A DNA stretch of 58,104 bases, the filler included, from Basidiobolus ranarum (Eukaryota), in the NCBI GenBank assembly GCA_040143965.1. It is 3 parts of 3 records of this genome, joined end to end, with 100 filler letters (N's around TTAATTAATTAA, not from the genome) between each part and the next. Parts side by side here need not be neighbours in the genome. Positions count along the whole stretch, not along the records: positions 38,839 to 58,104 come from JASJQH010000255.1; 2 more parts are not named here. One strand, 5' to 3'. A model generated the notes under the pieces. It saw only the letters and a list, made by a program, of their open reading frames with translations, was not told the DNA's origin and did not search any database. The translations under genes were made by a program, and so were the position numbers. Numbering within the stretch: position 1 is the first letter of the stretch; the number at the start of each line of letters is the position of its first letter. Positions 52,250 to 58,104 of the stretch are shown here, piece after piece.

Positions 52250-54110
52250 GCTCGCACCCATCTATATGCTTGATTATTTGGGATGTGGTAGCCAATCTAA
52301 CTTGTGAATATATGTTGATATATCCTCATCTGTAACTTACGCCCTTACCACGCATTTTCACCCCTTCCATTCACTAATCCTGTTAAATATGTCACACTGC
52401 ACGCATTAATCGTAGAACTAGCCGAGAAATAAAAAAATGTAAATTATTTGACGACTTTTCTTTATTTTGTGGATTACATTAATCAACTTCACCCCATCGT
52501 TTGGCCATAAAGTAATTGATAGGTCATCGCTCAATATATCCAACTTGATCGAATCTTTGCATATTGTTCAATCAACACCCTCTAATTATGGATATGTGGG
52601 CATCCGACCCTAATCGAATCCATCTAAATTGGGATGCTTTTACAGTGCTACCAAGCTCATCTTCACTTTCTCTATATTTACATAACCCATATCTAAAGGA
52701 GCAGAGAGCAGCTAAGTATCTATGGCTATATCCTCACCAGCCACTTCACAGCATGACTCAAACGTACTGACACCATCCCTTGATTGTCAAATGCATTATG
52801 CTGAATCCACTTGGGATTTCATCGTCCGATTCACGATACATGTATAACGGTGCGGTCCAGCTCGGCCCTCGGGAAAACCAAGGCATTGTGTAGAATGTGA
52901 CCAAAAATAAGTACCACGTAAATCAGTGAATCTGAATTGGTAGAATTGTTAGTAATCGAGATAGAGTTAGCAATTTCACCCTAGACAGACCCCGATCCAA
53001 ATGGGGATACATTCTGAGTCATATCATATATCTTGACATGCAGTTCTTTGGACTTGACACTAGCATTCGAGTGAGTTTGTGATGACAGATCAGATATTTA
53101 TGAAACCGGCTCAAGAATTCTCTAAATTGATGACCGAGCTTAGAAGAGCCATTGTTCGGGGAACCATCGGACCATTTTCGGGCCTTTTCACTGAGATTGG
53201 AAGCATCTTCACGAGGCTGATGGGAGGAGTCCCTTATCTCAACTAATTCCATAGGTTAGACGCACCAAGTATCTCTTCCGAAAGGGGTGAATGATTTACG
53301 CGGCATTTCGACCTCTTGGCCAATTTCTCAACCAAATCCAATCAGTTCAGACAAGCGCGTCTAATGATCTACGATTTAGGTTACTTGGATTAGGGCTCAC
53401 TTGGCACTTTTGATCTGATTTCTTTCTTCAGCCTATGATTGATGTGAACCGAGGTTTGACTTTCACCCTCGAATTTCCTTATCGGTGCATGCAGCTGTGA
53501 AAAGTTGTGAGCTATGAATAACTAATGAGTCTCGCTGTTTCGGACATTTAGACGATCACTAGCATAAATAAGGAACGAAATCGAGGCAGCCGAATGGCCG
53601 AAATATGTCTTGGTGAGATATGCATGAGATCTAGCATTAACATGGATTTGTAATATCACTTTGCTTGAAATTCGGCCAATAGTCACCCGTTTTCGTTATG
53701 ACAGCTTAAAGGTCACTTGGAAACATTCAAATTGAATGATACATTCAGCGATGGTGTAATCCATTCGATTTCTAAGCCGACACTGTAGTTTATTATGTTG
53801 AAAATATTTCACTTAACCTTATAACATATTCCTTTTTTGTGAGGTCATACACCTCATCACTAATCCTAGATCCTCAGGCATTTACATTCAACCAATAGAT
53901 TTGCACACTTTCATTATATTTCTGCCTGAATTCTTATATTTTAACCTTATCTTACTTATGCAATTGCTTAAAAAACCAACCTTGACCCACCACATCGCAA
54001 ATATACCCCCATTTATAAATAATAACATTGCCTACATTGTACCAATAGTTTAAACCTATGTTTCTTCACATTTTACAGCATCTTTTCCTAATTCTGTGGA
54101 TATACTAACA

Positions 54111-54400
54111 GTTAGTGAAATATGGAACAACTAAATACGAAGTTATATATGACTATAGAGATGTTTAGGATATGTTAATTTCAACCCGATATCACTCGCT
54201 ATTTTCAAAAGGAATTTACTTAAAACATTGTGAATACTTGTCTTAGAGGCCCCAAATTTTGCACACATGATCCCAGGATCTTCCTTAACACATTCTTCAC
54301 GTTTGATTACTTACCTAACTATAAATATCAGCTTTCCACTCAATAAAACAATAAGTAATAACCACCAATACTTCTAGTTCTCCAAAACTTTTATCAAACC
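54111..54400. repeat. Dispersed repeat family, copy 4 (hairpin + core + reversed arm)
   Basis: TATATGACTATAGAGATGTTTAGG...TAATTTCAAC followed by the reverse complement of the arm of copies 2/3 (GATATCAC...GAGGCCCCAAATTTTGCACACATG...CTTAACACATTCT...CTCAATAAA). Confidence 0.8.
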
Positions 54401-56688
54401 CTATTTCATTGGTTAAAGCCAAGATTTTGGATGATAAAATCATGTTGAAATTTGCCTTGTCAGTCTTCAAACCTTTGGACTATTATAGGAATTTTTATTA
54501 GTCCAGATTAGATTCATACTTGACCTGATGTTAAGGTTAGTGGAAATAATGCTACAGATGTATAATCTAAATCCAAAAAAATCACCAACTTATAGTTATT
54601 TTACTCTTAAGAGTATATGGTGACTTATATAGTAGAAAAGTAAATCAATTGTTTAAGATATTCAGGAGTTGTGTAATAAGATATAATAGGTAAGTGGGGG
54701 TAATAAGACATACTTGTTATATAGATATAGAGATATTCCTACTTAGAATATAGGGGCTATAGATACATTGCTTTCTGTTTCTGATATATGTATCATAACT
54801 AAAGTTAACTAAGATGTTGAATAAAGATTAATTATCCAACAGAAATGAATCTTCTGTAGTATAGATAAAAACTGGTATATCATTTATTTTGCATTCATGT
54901 AGGTAGACATTTTTCATGTAGTAGTACTAATTGTAACATTCCTCATGAGGTAAAATATGGTTCACATTTGATGTAATCGTAAGTAAACAACAGATAGCTA
55001 AACACTGGTTAATAATTAATCTACAGTAGCTTCGGGTTGACTAGTTAAGTACTCTTCTACTGGATATCTGAAAGCCCCTTGTACTGTTATCTGGCAAAAA
55101 ATGGCTCGCGAATAAGAAAGATAGGCAGTCTTGATGTGAAGTTTAAAGTACAATAATTATTCAGACTCTGTGACGATTATTTTAAACAGTCCATATAAAA
55201 TCTCAATCTCTCATCATGATGTAAAATAGAAGATTTAGTGGAAAGATAAAATTCTACTTGAAAATTTACCATCATTATTTTAATATACAGAAGAATCATC
55301 GCGGAGTACAAAGAAGGCTTAGTATGGTGAAAATACTGGTAAGTTATGCAAGCATTATCTCGAGTCAATATTAAAGTCCCTAATCCTAATCTACAATAAT
55401 GCGATGAATTCTACCACAGCATAATCCATTTATCCCATTCTCGTAATCTAAACCATTCCCAAAATAGTCCCCAATATAATAAGGATTTCGAGTCTTTATG
55501 ACATCATCAGGAAGAGAACGGATACATACGTAAATTTGAGGTGACGAGGAAGTAATGGCAAATTTGAGAAGTAACAGGATACGTTACCCATGTAAGAAAT
55601 TCCTTATGAAGACGGGAGCACATGCTAGTAGCCACTAAATCCTGTAGACAATTGTTTGAATAAGGTAGGGCTGAAGTTACAATAAAGTGAAGGTGAGGCA
55701 GTTGACTGAAAAATGGGTTGAATTTCTAATAGAAATGGTCTGAAATTAGAAAGGTGGCGGTGTTCGTACGTTGGTTGATGAGTTAGGATGTTCTTTAGCG
55801 TATTCTCACGTGCAAAATCATCATCGCTTCGAATTTCCAGATTTGTTGAGTTGTGCTTTACTTGGCATGATATTTCGGCGGGGAAGAGAGGAAAAAAAGT
55901 GGGTCAAACAATGAACTCATCAGAATGGATTTTATCTAGGGCACTGGATGTCAATCCCAACCTTTATGTAGCTTACCAACCGGCTTTAGCTAGTAATCAG
56001 GGTTTTGTCGGCACTTATGGTGCAACAAAGTATAGGTAGAATTGGTCATACCTAGTGTGTAGTAGTAGGGAGATTCATAAGAGACCAACCAGATATCGGG
56101 AAAACCAGCTTTTTCATATCCAGCGGCTACGAGCAAATAAGTGAAAAAGCTGTACGAGCAAATAGGATTGCTCCCATATCACTCAGAATCAGCAATTCAA
56201 ATGAACTTGAGCGAGTTACTTGGATTCAGGTTATGAGTTATCACAAGAACTTCTTGAAGGTAACTTCGCTTCCAGTTTCACTACGAACTCATTTGAAAAT
56301 AGCAAATAGCCCTAATTTAAGTAGCCCTTGATTCCATCTGTGGCTTGGCTTGATTCCGATACGACATCATTGGCAAAGCTACTTTATGCTTTGGGCCAAT
56401 TGAAGTGCCGAGGGATGCGACGTCATTGGCAGAATATGATTTTCATATGAGGTTTTAGCTCAGTGGATTCTACCACCTAGATGAAAACGTCATCCAAGAT
56501 ACGAATCTCCATGATAACAAATATGCCATTGATCAAATAATGTATCACGGATTTCGGGAAGAGGCTCCCCAAGAAATCGGGTATAGCTATTCAATGTGCA
56601 AAGCTTGGATTGACCTCATTATCCAAGAACTATAAAAGCCCCTCAAGTAACGATGAATTCCACTAAAAAAGCAAGACTCTCATTTATC

Positions 56689-57735
56689 ATGTCCCTAAAG
56701 AACACCCAAGTCATTTTCAAGAAAGTCCCCGAGGGAATGCCTGTGGTGGGTGAACATATGGAATTAGTAACCAAAGATTTCGATCCAAACTCTGTAACTC
56801 TCAATGATAATGACGTACTACTTCGAAATCTGTATATGTCCGTTGATCCCTATATGCGCGGTAAAATGCGCGCTCCCGAAGCCAAGTCATATACCCCAGC
56901 TTTTCCATTGGGAGAAGTGTTCCAAGCTGCTGGAGTAAGCGAGGTAATCAAGTCCAAGAACTCAAACTACAAGGAAGGTGATATCGTCTCGGGTTTGATC
57001 GGTTGGGAGAACTACTCGTTAATTCCTGGAGGAAAAGACCTCCGCAAGATTGAAGGAGCCCGGGAGTCTTCCATTCCTTTGTCTTACCATCTTGGAGTCT
57101 TGGGAATGCCCGGTATGACTGCCTATGCTGGTCTTTTAAAGATTGGTGAGCCAAAGAAAGGTGAAACCATTTTCATATCAGCTGCATCTGGCGCTGTTGG
57201 TCAAGTAGTAGGACAAATTGCCAAAGTTAAAGGACTTCGAGTGGTGGGAACTGCCGGTGATGACTCTAAGGTGGAATACTTGAAGAAAGAATTGAAATTC
57301 GACGCCGCTTTCAACTACAAGAAGGTTGACTTAGATCAAGCATTATCAGAGCACTGTCCTGATGGCATTGATGTTTACTTTGAGAATGTTGGTGGCAAGA
57401 TGCTGGATGTGGTATTGAAGCATTGCAATGATTTCTCTCGTATCCCAGTATGTGGCATGATCTCACAATACAATCGCACCTCCAATCCTGAACCCATATA
57501 TAATATTTCGATGGTTCTTACTAAGCGTATCCGATTCCAAGGGTTTATTGTCTCCGAAATTGCTGGAGAGTATAAAGATCAGTTCTCCAAGGAAGTTCCC
57601 AGCTGGTTGAAGGAAGGAAAGATGATATACAAAGAAGATAAAATGGAAGGTATCGAGAATGCCCCGGAAGCATTCCTTCGTCTTCTCAAGGGAGAAAACT
57701 TTGGCAAGCAAGTAGTAAAGCTTGCAGACATTTAA
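56689..57735 (+). CDS. NADP-dependent alkenal/double-bond reductase (MDR family, PTGR/LTB4DH-like), intronless
   Basis: YMSVDPYMRG, LGVLGMPGMTAYAGL, SAASGAVGQVVGQIAK, GIDVYFENVGG, CGMISQYN, GENFGKQVV; TATAAAAG at 56631 (alternative ATG at 56653). Confidence 0.92.
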   Translation: MSLKNTQVIFKKVPEGMPVVGEHMELVTKDFDPNSVTLNDNDVLLRNLYMSVDPYMRGKMRAPEAKSYTPAFPLGEVFQAAGVSEVIKSKNSNYKEGDIVSGLIGWENYSLIPGGKDLRKIEGARESSIPLSYHLGVLGMPGMTAYAGLLKIGEPKKGETIFISAASGAVGQVVGQIAKVKGLRVVGTAGDDSKVEYLKKELKFDAAFNYKKVDLDQALSEHCPDGIDVYFENVGGKMLDVVLKHCNDFSRIPVCGMISQYNRTSNPEPIYNISMVLTKRIRFQGFIVSEIAGEYKDQFSKEVPSWLKEGKMIYKEDKMEGIENAPEAFLRLLKGENFGKQVVKLADI

Positions 57736-58104
57736 GAGTTACCAATTTCATTCACAACGAAATGCACTCTTGGTTTGTAGTAGCGTAAATGTCCGAATAT
57801 CTCATTTCAGTACATATTCCATGTAATAAAGTCTTTGATTGTTTGATGCTATGCATGTGAATGATTCATGTAGTTTAAAAAGCTATGATTACACTTTTTG
57901 GTTCACGATATCGAATCAAGTACCACTGTCTCATATAAGCTATAGATATGTGGAGATCTAAGTAGTAGTTGCATCAAATCACTTTAGAACAGTAAAGGAA
58001 CTCCACTGCCTCCAACAATGATATCATTCTAGCTGTCTTCAAAGTGGATGGATCCATTATGAACGTTGCTTTGTGAGTAACAATCGATACGTTTGATGAG
58101 GAAG

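Overview
AT-rich eukaryotic DNA from a fungus, most likely an early-diverging lineage (inference from short GT-AG introns with CTAAC-type branch points and from retained FKBP25, TMX2 and ABCA genes). Two identical 100-nt artificial spacers (N44-TTAATTAATTAA-N44) split the window into three ~19.3-kb contigs, so adjacency across them is not biological. Contig 1 has PHO84, two tandem PTR2 genes with identical proteins, a VAP/MSP protein, FKBP25-like, ERV2, ARP2 and PMT4. Contig 2 has TMX2-like, YPP1/TTC7, two paralogous 51-aa microproteins, a VPS10 receptor with three Vps10 modules, SQT1 and a small orphan gene. Contig 3 has two divergent ABCA half-transporters, a possible FBXO21-like relic, a HAL/NPR-family kinase and an NADP-dependent alkenal reductase. 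The most notable items are: (1) the head-to-head ABCA halves, which look like complementary N- and C-halves of one full ABCA; (2) the tandem microproteins resembling truncated COXFA4/NDUFA4; (3) the triple-module Vps10 with strongly polarised introns; (4) a dispersed repeat whose 20-nt hairpin loop occurs in both orientations. Exon boundaries and alignments were read by eye and no database searches were run.
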